Positions 24,478 to 38,181 of a stretch of DNA of 64,000 nt are shown here, piece by piece. Position numbers and translations under genes: made by a program. Origin of the DNA: Batkoa obscura (taxonomy: Eukaryota); the NCBI GenBank assembly GCA_030770535.1, contig JASVEC010000014.1:1-64000 (forward strand). Reading direction: 5' to 3'. Under the pieces are notes generated by a model. That model was not told the origin of the DNA. It saw only the letters and a program-made list of their open reading frames with translations, and did no database searches. How positions within the stretch are numbered: the first letter of the stretch is position 1; every line of letters starts with the position of its first letter.

Positions 24478-25812
24478 TTATTCCATGATTTTGTCATCAA
24501 TAATAAAAGTGAATTGTTTAAGTGAACTATAAATGGAATGAATAAAATGATAAGATAGATTAGTATTCTTAATATATATAAGAATTGATTTCGTTTGGAT
24601 AGGCTTAAAGGGCAATAACACCTCTTGAGCAAAAAGACAATCAATAAAGGAAATGGAAGCTAAACTTTTAAAACGATTAACAAACCAGGTAAAAAAATAC
24701 TTATCATCAATTTGACACCCTTGAAAAGTGATACTTTTTAAGTGGAGATTTAAAGGATTAAATGGAACTGTGTCAACACCAAATATGTTATTAATCATAA
24801 CTAACTCTTTTATCTTTTTTCCATATTCAAATATCAACTGGTAATAATATTTTGTCTTTATATTCATTACGCCAGTAGATCCATTAAGTACTAGTTTGGT
24901 TATTTTTGGAAAAGCAAAGTTAAATTTATCACGAGGTAATAATGAATAAACATTTAAATGAAGGTTTTTTACGTTACTCCATTTGCTATCTATAAAAGAT
25001 GTTACGATCTTTTTATTTGTTATTTCTGTTAAGGTTTGACTTTCGAATAAGCTTAAGTCAGTTAAATTTGGTAGTTGATCTTGACTTGGTGTGATAGTTC
25101 CCCAACCATTATTAGTAGTAAACTTAATGTTTAATATCAGTATCTTCAATTGTTTAAATACTATTTCGCTATTACTAAATAATCTACTTTTACCAATACT
25201 GCCATTTAACTTTAGTGTTACTAAATTTGGGAACTTAGTATATAATATTAGTAGTAAACTTTTATGCAATTCAACATTGTTCATTTCAAAATGTTTTAAT
25301 TGTTTACAACTAAAATGACATAATAAGTTAAAATCAAATCTATAGCAGTTTCTGTTGGTGTTTGTTATTGTAATAGATTGTAAATTATTTAATTTGTAAA
25401 AATATTTCCACTCTTTTAAGTTGGTATCAATATCAACTAAAACTATTTTATTTAAGTTATAAATAAAATTGAACTTGAATATTGTTTTGATAAATATACT
25501 ACTAGTGTTAACATTCCATAAACTTAGCATATCAATAAACTCACAATTGTATAAAAAATAAATTAGAATATCGTTCCTAATTAGTTTGGTATCCTGAATA
25601 GTAATGCGTTGAATGCAATGATTGTACTTTTGAATTATTCGTAAATCTGATTCGTTTGTAATAACTATATGTTTAAATATTACATTATTGATACTACTAT
25701 TAATATATTTACTAATTAATCTGAGGTTTAATCTTTCTTTTGAATCTATGTTTTCTATTATCATTCCAATCAAATTGGTTGGTAAGTTAAATAAATTGAC
25801 ATTATTAATCAT
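24478..25812 (-). CDS. F-box/LRR-like protein
   Basis: N-terminal LFNLPTNLIGMIIENI...LRLISKY F-box-like motif followed by degenerate LxxLxL repeats; intronless 444 aa. Confidence 0.7.
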   Translation of the reverse strand: MINNVNLFNLPTNLIGMIIENIDSKERLNLRLISKYINSSINNVIFKHIVITNESDLRIIQKYNHCIQRITIQDTKLIRNDILIYFLYNCEFIDMLSLWNVNTSSIFIKTIFKFNFIYNLNKIVLVDIDTNLKEWKYFYKLNNLQSITITNTNRNCYRFDFNLLCHFSCKQLKHFEMNNVELHKSLLLILYTKFPNLVTLKLNGSIGKSRLFSNSEIVFKQLKILILNIKFTTNNGWGTITPSQDQLPNLTDLSLFESQTLTEITNKKIVTSFIDSKWSNVKNLHLNVYSLLPRDKFNFAFPKITKLVLNGSTGVMNIKTKYYYQLIFEYGKKIKELVMINNIFGVDTVPFNPLNLHLKSITFQGCQIDDKYFFTWFVNRFKSLASISFIDCLFAQEVLLPFKPIQTKSILIYIKNTNLSYHFIHSIYSSLKQFTFIIDDKIME

Positions 25813-25905
25813 TGTTAATAATAATAAAGTAAAAGAAATAAAATAGAAAAAAACAAAACATATTGTATGAAAATTTCAACCAATTAAATGCTACTTTTAT
25901 ATAGT

Positions 25906-27322
25906 TTAATTAAACTTAATTTCATAAAATATAGTAGTGTTGGCTGAAATACCTTCCCAGCCACGATTACCTGAAGTAGTGGCCATATACTTACCACTAT
26001 CATCAATTACTAAATGATATTAATATTAATAAAAATAGTATGAATATATATAGATGAATTATAATCTTTTTTACCTATCTGTGATATCATTCCTGTTTGA
26101 TGCCCAGGAACAAGTTGATAAGGAATTAAATAATTGTTTATGTTGTTGGTATTAATAGTATTATTAGTACCGTTATTGTCTAGATTCCACATTCGTAAAT
26201 TATCATACGATCCAATCATTAAAAAGTTTTTAATTGGGTGAGATGCCAAAGCCGAGATGGCCCCAGAACTATTTGGCAATAATAATGTATTGCTGAATTT
26301 ATTCATTCTTAAGTCAAAGCTATCAACCGTTGAATTACGTCTGCCTGTGAATATAACATTACCATCTTTATTAAAACAGGATGATAGGGCCCATTTGGGA
26401 GTGTTTTCTGGTACACTTATACTCGCTATTGGTTGATTTTTGATGTCATTTAATTTCATTCTAAGATCCCAAAGAAATGAATTGCCATCAAACGATGTGC
26501 TTAAAATTATATTATTTTCATTATTAGGGTGGTGATTAATTGATGTTATTTGGTTAGCATGAAAACTTAAGTCGGTAATTTTAGTACCATTATTTAAATC
26601 CCAGATCTAGAATGAGCGATAATTAACAAATCAGACTTACTATATTATATTGTGATATCATATTGTATACTATTTTACTTATAACTTACCTTAATACTTT
26701 TATCCCAAGATCCAGATATTAATGCTTTTTCATTATTAAATGTTTTCAATACAGATACAGGCTCTCCATGCTCCCTAAAAACGTGATGCAATTTACCTTC
26801 TTCATGTCTAACAGTATATAAATTAATATCCCCATTTTTTAGTCCAGATAAACACCAAACAGCTTTTGATTCTAAATAAATTGAGTAAACAGGTGAAAAA
26901 GACTCTTCAAATCTAGGATCATTCCCACTTATTGGTCGATTATTTTGTGGTAACGTGATTTGATTGTCCCAATACGAAGTTATAATACCAGCCTTTGAGC
27001 ATACATCAACTGTAGCATGTCTCTGCGCCATAGTAAGCGGCACTTTACCATTTATACTTGAAAAAAAATCGTATTTTCTAATATATGCATCTTCGCCCCC
27101 CGTAACTATCCATTTCATATCTTTAGTTGCACTCAAACTATGAATTGAAGAATTTAATATTGAAGCAGCCTAATTGAGTTATTTATGATATAAAGTTATA
27201 TTTTCATTATTACTTACTACTGGCCCTGCTGAATACGATCGATCTATTAAATCTTCTTCGATATTTACATTATTACCAGTAGCTGTTGATGCAACATCAT
27301 TTGAGATTAAAGTTGAACTCAT
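25906..27322 (-). CDS. SPT8: SAGA subunit Spt8-like WD40 protein, 4 exons
   Basis: TGGEDAYIRKYD..SINGK.PLTMAQRH, LISGSWDK, SYDNLRMWNL, VPGHQTGMISQI and TSGNRGWEG are Spt8-type motifs. Confidence 0.88.
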
Positions 27323-28957
27323 TTAAAAATTAATAAAAATTTAATTTTTATTTTACACCTTTAAATTAAATAAACAAATAAAATACTAGTTTCTATTTTA
27401 AGTAATATTCTCTTGATAGTTTTTAAATGTTATACAATTATAAAACTAATATTGTCACTATTTATCAACACCTGCACAATCTATTATTTCGAGTAATGTT
27501 AATGTTTTGAAGACTTTAACATATATCACATTGTTTGTTAAAATACTTTTTGCTATAAAGCTATTAATTACCTATAAAAAAGACTAAGTATTTTAAAATA
27601 TCAGCATAATGAAAACGAAGTCAATGATAAACTTTATAAATTACTCAAATTATTGATATTTTATTATTTTCATTATATTTTAAAGAAATTTATTGAACGC
27701 TAAAGCTAATCTCATTGAAACAAAGCGACATTGTGAAAACTTTATAATATAGTTTTACTTAAAAAATATATATTATTGTAAAAAACACGATAAAGTAACA
27801 TACCTAATATGAAGTCTTTGTAAATGTATGGTTTACTATAGCAACATTTTATTAAAATAAATAGATATGTAATATAAAAAAATCAGGGTTTATTAGCAAG
27901 ACTGTAATAGTAAAGACTAATTAAAAATTAAAACCGATATCAATAAGCGTAAATAAACCTTTTAAGATTAATAATTGAATCAAATTAAAACATTATTTTT
28001 AATAAGCTTTTAAAGATCTCTGTTTAATGGAATACTAAGATATATGCTAATAGAAGTAACATTGAAATAACAAAAAAAGTAAATTAAATATCTACATAAT
28101 ATGATAAATAAAACTTTAAAAAGTGTTTATAGTTTTTAACTTATACGTTAGCTCCATGACACTTTAGTCACTAAAAACATATTATAAGCTAAGAAACTAT
28201 AAATAAACGCAATAAAGAAAAACAAAAAAAAACTCTCATTAATTAAAAGTTACTGTACAGACATTAACCAGTTTTTACATATAAAAACCTAGAAAGGAAC
28301 ATATTTTATAACATACATTTTATATACATCTTAGTAAAGTATCCAATTTTTAAATTCAGAAAACAATTTGCTATATTTGTTTACTATACAACTTGGCTTT
28401 ACCTATAAATTATAAAGCTTAGTCTTTGAAACCATAAAGGTTATTTTATAAATTATTTTGATTATATAAGATATATAGTATAAGATATAAGATATAAGAT
28501 ATATGAAATAAATTGGTATTCTAGAATAATCATATATTAATTTTAAGGATGAAAATATACATTAATGTAATTGTATATTAATAATACATTTATCAAAGTA
28601 CATATAGTTTTAAACTTGATTACTAATATACTTTTTGCTTGAAAATCAGAAATCTTTCTTGTTATAAAGAAACTATTGAGATGTTTATTGGATGAAATCT
28701 AATCATAGACTAATAACTTCATTTTTTTTCTTGACATAAGAATAAATCGATTTAATTCTACAAGAATGTCAATCGGGTATTTTTACCACTAATAATAATA
28801 CATCAAATAATGAACCAATTGAATTCAACCAACCCAAACATACTGGTATCTCTAATTAGTAATCAAAAGATAAACACATTCACCGAAGAAATATATAAAC
28901 AAAATAAAACCTAACAAATATATTATAAGAAAAACAAGTAATAAATAACAAATTAAA

Positions 28958-29677
28958 ATGGTTTCAATTGGAGTAAGTTTATATATAAGATGTCTATGAT
29001 TTTGAAACTAATCTACTTTATAGCGTTTATATGGCCCCGCAAACAATGGCAGAATAAATAAGCCATTGATTACTGCTAAACTTAGTGGTATTGAAATTGA
29101 TTATGACTCTAACTTTAAATTTGGTGTTGACAACAAAACTGAAGAATATCTTAGCAAGTTTCCATTAGGCCAAACACCTGCTTTTGAATCGAAAGATGGT
29201 CTTTTATTGACTGAATCTGATGCTATTGCTTTTTATATTGCTTCCCAAAAAGAAAACAACACATTATTAGGTGCTGATAAAAATGAATATGCCAAAATAC
29301 TCCAATATTCCTTCTACGTTTCAACCCAAATTACCCCACCTTTCCTTGATTTGTATTTACCTATATTAGGCTTTGCTCCATATGATGCAAAGAAAGAAGA
29401 AGGAGCATATAGCCGTATTGATAGAGCCTTAGGCTACCTTGATAGTCAATTAAAAGGGAAAACCTATTTAGTTGGAGATCAAGTTACTGTTGCTGATGTA
29501 ATTTTATTTACTGGTGTTGATGGTCTTTATAGTAAATTTTATGCTAAAGAACACCGTGATAAATTCCCCAACTTTACTAAGTACTTTGATGGTATTTCTC
29601 AATTATCTGAAGTAAAAGAAGTTATCGGTGAATACAAGTATGCTCAAGAACGTCCTAATCTTGCACCAAAAGCTTAA
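28958..29677 (+). CDS. Glutathione S-transferase, EF1B-gamma N-terminal class (GST-A)
   Basis: Exon 1 is MVSIG, followed by a short intron; then EYLSKFPLGQTPAFE, LTESDAIAFY and YLVGDQVTVAD. Stops after the GST C-domain. Confidence 0.9.
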
Positions 29678-29781
29678 TGCCTAATAAATTATTTTGACTG
29701 ATATTTCATTACTTTATACTATTAGCTGTTGCCGATTTTTAACACCTGTATCAAATAACATCATTGATTTTTTTGTAGAAC

Positions 29782-29884
29782 ATATAGGGACATTTTTTTG
29801 GCTTCATTACTTTTTCCATCTTTTAAGCACTATTTGAGTGGAAAGATTGATAGTAAAATTAAATACAAAAACACATCCTCGTAT
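29782..29884 (-). mobile_element. ~100-bp MITE
   Basis: Reverse-orientation match about 105 bp after the GST stop. Confidence 0.85.
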
Positions 29885-30917
29885 TAAAAAAAGAATCTAT
29901 ACCTCCAAATATTAATAGTAGAATAAAAGTAGTAGTTAGATAATGGTGATATTTGTTTGTTAGCCATACTGCTTCTTGTTACAAAGCATAAGTTAATTAC
30001 TTCTTAAATAGTTATTTGAAAGAAATATTGAAAATTGACCAAAAGAAGAAAGGGTTAAGAAGAAAATTGGTCTCTAACTTTATTGTTTATTGGGATTTTA
30101 CTCATATTTCAAATAAATTCAAAATATGGATTTTTGTTATGATATAAATAAAATTAGGATTCATTTATACAAAATCTGTTACTCTAAAAGCGATCCTACA
30201 AAATAAGAAAACAACTACTAAAATAATATTTGAAAGTATTTTACATGTGACTTAAAAATTAACTTAATTTAAGTTTTTAAGACTATTTTTGAAAAATTAA
30301 ATCTTTTCTTAATAAAGTAAATAACGTTTTTCGTAGCCAATAAATCATAATATCAGTATTAACAGATTTTGAAGTATATTTGTTATAAATTATGAATTTT
30401 TAAAACTTGAGTTATAAAATTGACTGAAAGTTTACATCACTTTTTATTAATATATTGATCAAAGTTGGCTCAACAAATGTTAAAATAGATTACGATAATG
30501 GTTTTGATTAAAGAAGCTATAAAATAAATATACGAATAAAAGATAACGGTATCAGAAAAACTCAAATTTTTATCTGCTTTAATTAGAAAAACTATCCTTC
30601 AGCTAACGTTGTATCATAGATAGTTCAAAAGTTATGATAATACTACCAATATGTAATTTAAAAAAGTTTTAATTTCTAATATAGACAGCTGTTTCCTATT
30701 AAAAATGATATAAATATGCAAACTACTTTTCAGCAATTTTCTACATGTATAACATATTTAGGTTTATAAATATGAAGCAGACCAAGTAGTCGAAATCGAT
30801 TAAACCTTTAATATCACTATTAATTACTAACCCACAAAATAAAGCTATAAAGAATGAATATATGATCAAATAAACTTTAAGAAATATGTTTTTCAAAAAG
30901 GTATAGAATAAATTAAA

Positions 30918-31640
30918 ACACCTTCTGTTGGAGTAATTTTTAAATGATATTTGTTTATTTATCTTATAACCTATTTACATAATAAAGGGTTTATGTAGTA
31001 TATCAAATTATGAAAGGGCATATAGGATTTTTCTAATTGCAAAGTCAAGTATAGTAGAAATTGATTATAATCCTAACTTTAGATTTGGTGCTAATAATAA
31101 AAATGAAGAACATCTTAAGAAACTCTCATTAAGCCAAACGCCTATATTTGAATCAAAAAGTGGCCTTTATTTAACAAAATCGGATGTTATCGCTTTATAT
31201 CTTGTTTCTCAAAAAGAAAATAATCCTTTATTAGATGTTGATATAAATGAATATGGAAAGATCTTTAAATACTCCTTCTACATATCAACCCAAATTGATC
31301 CGTTTCCTATTGATTTGCCCTTTCCTATCATAGGTTTTGGAGAGTGTGATAAGAAAATCGAAGAGGTTGCATATAATCATGTTAATAAAACATCAATATA
31401 CTTTGATACCAGTTAAAAGGGAGAGGATGTTTAGTCGAAAATCAATTTACTTTAGCTGACATATTTATAATTTGTGCTATTGATGATATTTATAGCAAAT
31501 TTTATGTCAAAGAACATCATGATCAGTATCCCAATTTTGCTAAATACTTTGAACATATTTCTCAAATGCCATAAAGTTAAAGAAATCATCGGCGAATTCA
31601 AATATACTCAAGGATGTTCTAAGTATATATGTAAATCTAA
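30918..31640 (+). pseudogene. GST pseudogene (B type)
   Basis: Colinear with the GSTs at 50107 and 55764 (SISNYERA, SQTPIFESK, SQKENNPLL). ATG lost; frameshifts and stops present. Confidence 0.85.
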
Positions 31641-31983
31641 ATAAATAATATATTAAAACCTAATTTGATATTGAATTATATAATTATACTTTTAGTTTAT
31701 GATGTCCGAAGAATTATGTTTTTCATTTAACAACTTAAGTCTATTTATATTAATGCCGCAATTCTTATACTACCATTTCAATAGTTGAAATGTAAATACT
31801 ATATTGATAACAATAAAATTATACTTGTATGTTGCACGAGAATGGCTATTTTCCTTTCACTCATGTCTACTTTTTCAACTCAATTTCAGCTATATTGGAT
31901 TAATATTTAAAAAATCATACTCATGTCGAAGCTTCTGATATCAAATATTTATTATTTGCTTAATGGCTTACTAATGAATTAAT

Positions 31984-32088
31984 ATATGAGGATGATTTTT
32001 TTTGACTTCATTACTTTTTCTATCTTTTAAGCGCTATTTGAGTGAAAAATTATTAGCAAAATTCTTAAACAAAAATACATCCCCATAT
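31984..32088 (-). mobile_element. ~100-bp MITE
   Basis: ATAT-GAGGATG...TACATCCCC-ATAT. Confidence 0.9.
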
Positions 32089-32471
32089 GTTCTTAATTTA
32101 CATTTAAATTGAATATTAAATTATTGAATAACATTTAATCCTAAACTCTAGCTCTTTACCTTGATACTTAAATTTATGATGTTCATTTAAATATATATGC
32201 TGTAAAACATATGAAGCAGCTTATCGTTTAGTACTATTGTAAGTTTTGAAGTTTAATCGAAGTTACAATATTAGCATAGCTTCTTATTTTATCCAATTGT
32301 CCTGTCATTGTTGCTAATCCTAAAAAGATAAGTGTAGCTAAAATATAATATACTATAAAGTTAAAAGTCTATGAATAAATTTGTAATAAGTCCAGACCTA
32401 AATAAGCTGTATCTATATTAAGATTAATTTTAAATATTTTTACTACATAAAAAATACTGCAAGAGCAATTT

Positions 32472-33761
32472 TTAGTTTTGGAGATCCTTCTTGAGGGTAC
32501 CGTAGAAAGTACTCTTTTCTTGGGAAGTTTGGAAACGACCGTGTCCGAATTTGGAAGAAGTATCGATGAATTTGAGGGTGATCTTTTCGAGGGAAGAACG
32601 AGATTTATGGACGAAGAGAGATTTACGGAGAACGAGGATTCTCTTCTTGACACCAACACAGGCACCCTTGATCATGACGAAATCTTCATTGACAACACCG
32701 TAGTGTGGGAAACCACCCATTGGAGTGATAGTCTTTTCAGTAAGATCATAATCAGTGGCAGCATTCTTATTATCAGAGCCTGAACCAATACGGTAAATCT
32801 TTTTGTTAGCTTCAGTACGATGATGGTGACCATCTTGACCTGAACGTGCCACGGAGTACATGACACGAGATGGATGCCAGGCTCCGATACAAGCAACTTT
32901 ACGTAAACCACGATGGGTCTTACGAGGAAGTTTCTTGGTTCCCCAACGATGGGTAACACCTTCATAACCTTTACCTTTGGTGACACCAATAACATCAATC
33001 ATTTCATTTTGTTCGAAAACGGCACCAACTTCAATGGTTTTTTCAAAGTGTTCAGAAGCCCATTGGACTTTGTCAGCAATGGAACCACCGTTAAGTTGAA
33101 CTTCCATAAGATGGGCTTTCTTTTGATCAAGTTTAACTTTACGGATTTGAGTGTGTACAAGAACACGTACTACGGTACAGTATTTCTTGATACGCTCAAG
33201 ATCTTTGGCGAATTCTTTACCTTCTTCAGCATGTTTCTTAGCATACTTGGTGAAAGCCTTCTTCTTTGATCTGTACCAGTTTTTGTAGAAACGACGCTTA
33301 AGATCATCTGAGAGATGTTGAGCCCAAACAGTGGTAAGGGCACGGAGACCTTTTGGAGTTTCAATATAACCAACGGCACCAACAACAACAACTGGTGGAG
33401 TTTCGATAACGGTAACTGCTTCAACAGTTTCCTTTTTATGCATTTTGGATCCTGGACGTTCAACTTCACGAACAATATGAGTCATACCAGCCTTGTAACC
33501 CATGAAAGCAGTCATATGAACTGGTTTGGTTGGGTCATCCTTAGGGAAAGTCTTTACCTTTCCTCTGTGACGAGTGGCACGTTTACGGGGTAAGAAACCC
33601 AAATGACCATGGCGAGGTGCTTCGAATTTACGATGAGACTAAAACATTAATTAATATCCTATTACTTTCTGATTATCTTTGATTGTGAGTATGATTGTTG
33701 GATCTTGTTGTCTTTCAGATGGATGTATCCATTTGTGTTTTAGTTTATTGCTACTTACCAT
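32472..33761 (-). CDS. RPL3: 60S ribosomal protein L3 (uL3)
   Basis: ATG-only exon 1, intron 33639-33758, then [20 protein letters not shown]...[16 protein letters not shown]. Confidence 0.98.
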
Positions 33762-34349
33762 CTTAAAGCCTTTGAGAGAAGGATCAAATTAGCTAATGCT
33801 GGCTCTAAATAGCTGTAAATTTATTACAATAATTTTTCGATTAAACTTAGTTCCAAGTTGAAATAATTGGCTAAAATTATGAGTTTCGAAAAGCTATTTT
33901 ATTTTGTTTTGGTAATGTCAAAAATATTGATCAAAGTTAATATAGACTATTTTTATATTTAGTATTATAATGTTGCGATAAAAATACATTCCTTTGGTCC
34001 AATTTATGACCCTTTATGAGTTCATCTTGTCTATTATATTAATGCCAAGTCATTGCAATCATTTTGTGTTTTAAACTGATGTAAACTATTATATATTAAC
34101 TTCAAAAATTCAAATATTAACAACACTCTTTTAACTTTCCAGTAGGTATAATACATGTCATTATAGATTTATACAATAAATCATATATAAAATAAATATA
34201 TTTGTAGTATTTTTTGGATATGTTATATTATTTGTGTATTTAGAATAGCAGATATGAAATTTTGAAACCATTTTAAATCAGATCAAAATAAACTTTTGTA
34301 TCAAAAAAATATTCATTCTACTTTTAATTTTGTAGACTAATTAAATAAT

Positions 34350-35615
34350 ATGGAAAATAATAAAATGATGAGTAACAGACAGAAGCGACTACAATTACTA
34401 GAGGCTTCTAAAAGGGATGCGAGTAAATATTCTAACCAAAGTGCATTTAGACTAATGGAAAGAAAATACAAGCAACGAGTTCCAGAGCCAGATTTCAATA
34501 GTTTAATACAATTTAATAATGTCGATGATAATAAATATTCAATAAAAGAAGTGAGTTTAAATAAACCTTTAGAGCACCCTTATCTTAATTCAAATATAGA
34601 TAAAGCATATATTATTAAAGGATTACCAGGATTTATATATATACCAAATCCATTTAAAGATAAAGCACAAAGAGAAATCTTGTTAAACACTATTGATCAT
34701 ATCAGACCACCTTTTATTAGTAATTTAGATACCCATTATATCATACCAAAAGATGGGATATTTACCGAATATGTAAATAAATATAATAATCCAGATATCA
34801 CATTAAGCGACGTAAAGTTAAAATTAGATTTAAATGAGTTAAAAAATAATGGTGAAGAAAAGAAAGAGAGCGAATACAAAGGAATCAAAACTACTTTAGC
34901 AACCCAAGGATATCAATATAATGGCTTGAATGATAAAAATGCTCCAATAAAGAATACTAATTTAAAACAGATGACAAGTGATAAACTAATTTATAAATTA
35001 AGATGGATTACTTTTGGAGTACAATATCATTGGCCAACTAAGAAATATTTATATAACGAAGAAGTAAAAGTACCTTCATTTTTGGGAGATTTATGTAAAA
35101 GTATAATAGATTGCATTTATGATATTGAGTTTTTTGATGAATTCCATTTTAAATTTGATAATAAAACTTATAGTCCAGAAGCAGGTGTGTTTAATTTTTA
35201 TCAATATAAAGATGCTTTAATGGGACATATTGACAAAAGTGAACCAAATACTACATCTCCCTTAATTTCATTTAGCTTTGGCAATGACGCTGTGTTTGTT
35301 ATGGGTCATGAAAATAAAGAAAAAGAACCTTTTCCAATACGATTAAGTTCTGGCGACATTGTTATAATGGCAGGGCCTTCTAGATTATTCTATCATGGTA
35401 ATAAAACAAGAAAATGATTGTAAAATGATATATAAAATATACTAATATTTAATTATTTAGGTGTCCCAAGGATAATTGAAAACACGTTACCAAGTTATTT
35501 AAAAAGTAGCAAGTTTAATTATGATTTAGAAAAAGGAGAGGAAGAACTTTGGGATCCAATAGCAGAATATTTAGAAACAAGCAGAGTGAATGCAAATGTC
35601 CGACAAGTTTTTTAA
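34350..35615 (+). CDS. AlkB-family 2OG-Fe(II) dioxygenase, ALKBH1-like, 2 exons
   Basis: KLRWITFG.QY.W, PEAGVFNFY, GHIDKSE (HxD), FYHGVPRI and RVNANVRQV; intron at about 35398-35460. Confidence 0.9.
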
Positions 35616-35619
35616 TAAA

Positions 35620-36033
35620 TTAAATCACATAGTATCCTTTTTTGCCAATTTCTTCACTTTTAGCTTTTCTTTCTTGTATCTCATCAATAACTTGAGTATC
35701 AGTTAATCTTTCAGTGCTTTCAACTCCTTCTATTTTAATTTCACTAAGTATATCAAATAAATGATTTAATCGATTTATATCTTCTTTTAAACTTTTTACG
35801 CTACTTGCATTTAATGCACTCAAATTCCCTAAATGCTGTAAGTATTCCCCACTCAGTGTTTCTTTGTTCACTTCTTTTAATAAACTATTCACTGACCATA
35901 AAGGTTCTGGCTAAAAACAATTAGTTGGGTTTTGTTATAAATAATAATGATTTACTTTAACAAAACGTTTATAACTATAGAATCTAATACTTTTAAGTAA
36001 ACTTGTATTCAACTTATAAAATGGGTTTATCAT
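35620..36033 (-). CDS. Probable mitochondrial Glu-tRNA(Gln) amidotransferase small subunit (GatC/GatF-like)
   Basis: Basic presequence MINPFYKLNTSLLKSIRFYSYKRFVK, an intron, then PLWSVNSLL...LQHLGNLSAL...LKEDIN...IKIEGVE...GYYVI. Confidence 0.55.
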
Positions 36034-36702
36034 ATTTATAGACTAAATAGCATTAGATTAAATAAATTCAATAGTGCTTAGTATTAAATTCCCATAATAA
36101 TACCTGATTCTTATTTTAATTTACATAAAAATGGCTTAAGGATATAAATAATTGAATAAAATAATATTAATTTGTATGGTTGAAAATGCATAATTTCAAC
36201 ATATTTTTTATACTACGTGCTAGTTTAATTGGCTAACTATTTATTCCTTCAAGAATATATTAAGATGACTTTCCACATAGTAGACTTAGGCTTTTAAATA
36301 AATTAATATGAAAAAGTGTGCATTAAAACAGTTATTGTCATTATTGAAAATAAATTTAAATTTTCGAAACTGACTAATTGAGCAGTTTTTAAAAACAGAA
36401 TTGTTGAACTCTAATTCTACGTCAGCTTTAAATTAAGCTTGATTATTACTAAAAATTCATTTCGTATATACAAAATATATATGAAAATGAAAAGCTATAA
36501 TTAATAATAAAATTGTTACATAAAGTCATAGTGAGCTAAATTAAAATCATAAATAAATGTTATATTAACAAGTTTTCTCCTTTTTAAAACTCAAATGAAG
36601 AAGCTTCTAGAGACATCACTTTTAACCAATCAAGTATAACTACCAAAAATCTAGTATTTAAGATTTTTTTATCAGAATTATTCACCTATTTATATTATTA
36701 AA

Positions 36703-37402
36703 ATGTCAGCAAGGTAATTTAAATAAATTTTAGAAATTCAAAGATTAATTGTCGAAGTTTACATCCAGAATTACTTTGGGCTCAGACCGATAAAGTTGTA
36801 TATATAACTATTCCTTTAGCAGATTCTACTGACAATAAAGTGGAATTTTTACCACAAGCTATTAAATATGAAGGAAAATCAAGTGACAGCAGTTACGCTG
36901 TTGATTTAGGTCTTTTTAAAGAATACGATAATGAAGTAAATTTTATAATGAATATCAGTTTGTAATTGTTAACATGTAAAAGAATTCTAGATATGATGTT
37001 ACTGCTCAACGCATTTTCCTTGTTTTAAAGAAATCAGAAGATGATACCAGCTTTTGGCCCAGATTACATCGATCTGGGAAGAAGCCTGCTTTTATTAAAG
37101 TTGATTTCGCTCGTTGGAGAGATGAAGATGATGAAGAAGAAGAACAACCTGACCTTGGGCTTGGTAACTTTGGACAAGGCTTACAAGTAATTCACATTTA
37201 TTATTTTGGATAGCGATTAAATATTTTTTTAGGATGTAAGTGATGATGAATTTGACGATGAATTTGAACAAACTGGAGAAGTTGCAGGTAAATAGAAATG
37301 ATTTATTGGATGATGTAAATTGACATAATTATAGGTGAGAAAAAGGAAGAAGAAGAAGAAGAAACCAAAGAAGAACCCTCTACTTCGGAAAATATACAAT
37401 AA
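36703..37402 (+). CDS. SBA1: Hsp90 co-chaperone p23/Sba1, 5 exons (absent from the ORF track)
   Basis: HPELLWAQT...FWPRLHRSGKKPAFIKVDFARWRDEDDEEE with an acidic tail. Confidence 0.9.
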
Positions 37403-37867
37403 TTAAAATTTTAATTTAACAAGCTATACGCCTTTCTAAGCTTTATCATTTTTATAAAAAATATTTTGATTTTGTTCCATTTTTCTATTAGATAGTTCAT
37501 TATTAACTAACTATAGCTTTATTAATAATTATAACGTTATTGAATTAGAAGCTTATAGTCTAACTTTTAAATTAATGAATAATATCTTTTTATTGAACAT
37601 TATAATCTTTACTATCAATGTATATAATATAAAATGCTATTTTATATTATAGTGTGATAGTCAATAGCTACAATAAGTTCATAGTCTATTTTTAAGCTAA
37701 TTTAGCATTTAAAACTTGGTAGTCAATATTTTAAAAAAAAACCTATTAATAGAATTATTGTTAGTAAATGATTGGTTTACTTTAATCCTCTTTAATTGGA
37801 TTAAGATAGCTAAGCTTAATATTAAGCTTACGTATAGACAAAAAATAACTTTTGTAAATTATTTAAT

Positions 37868-38181
37868 ATGAGTACTCAAGTAAAAAAAGGAGAAGAAAAG
37901 CCAACTCAAGAGCAACAGCTTAATAACCTAGAAGAAGTTGACGAATTTGAAGATTTTGAAGCTGAAGGTAAAACAAAGAACTGTTTATTTAATAAATAGC
38001 TATTAACTTTAAAAGACTGGGAAGAAAATGAAAATGGATCTTTAGAATTAAATCATACTTGGGATGACGATGATGTAGAACCTGACTTTTACACTCAATT
38101 AAGGTAAGTAACTACCATATTATTAACACATCATTTAACCTTGGATTTAGTGAGGAAAGAATCCCTGATGAAATAGCATAA
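37868..38181 (+). CDS. SEM1: Sem1/DSS1 small acidic protein, 3 exons (absent from the ORF track)
   Basis: LEEVDEFEDFEAEDWEE...WDDDDVEPDFYTQL. Confidence 0.88.

Noticed and set aside
32369..33593. Several overlapping and antisense ORFs at RPL3
   Set aside because: Shadow frames caused by strong codon bias in a highly expressed gene.
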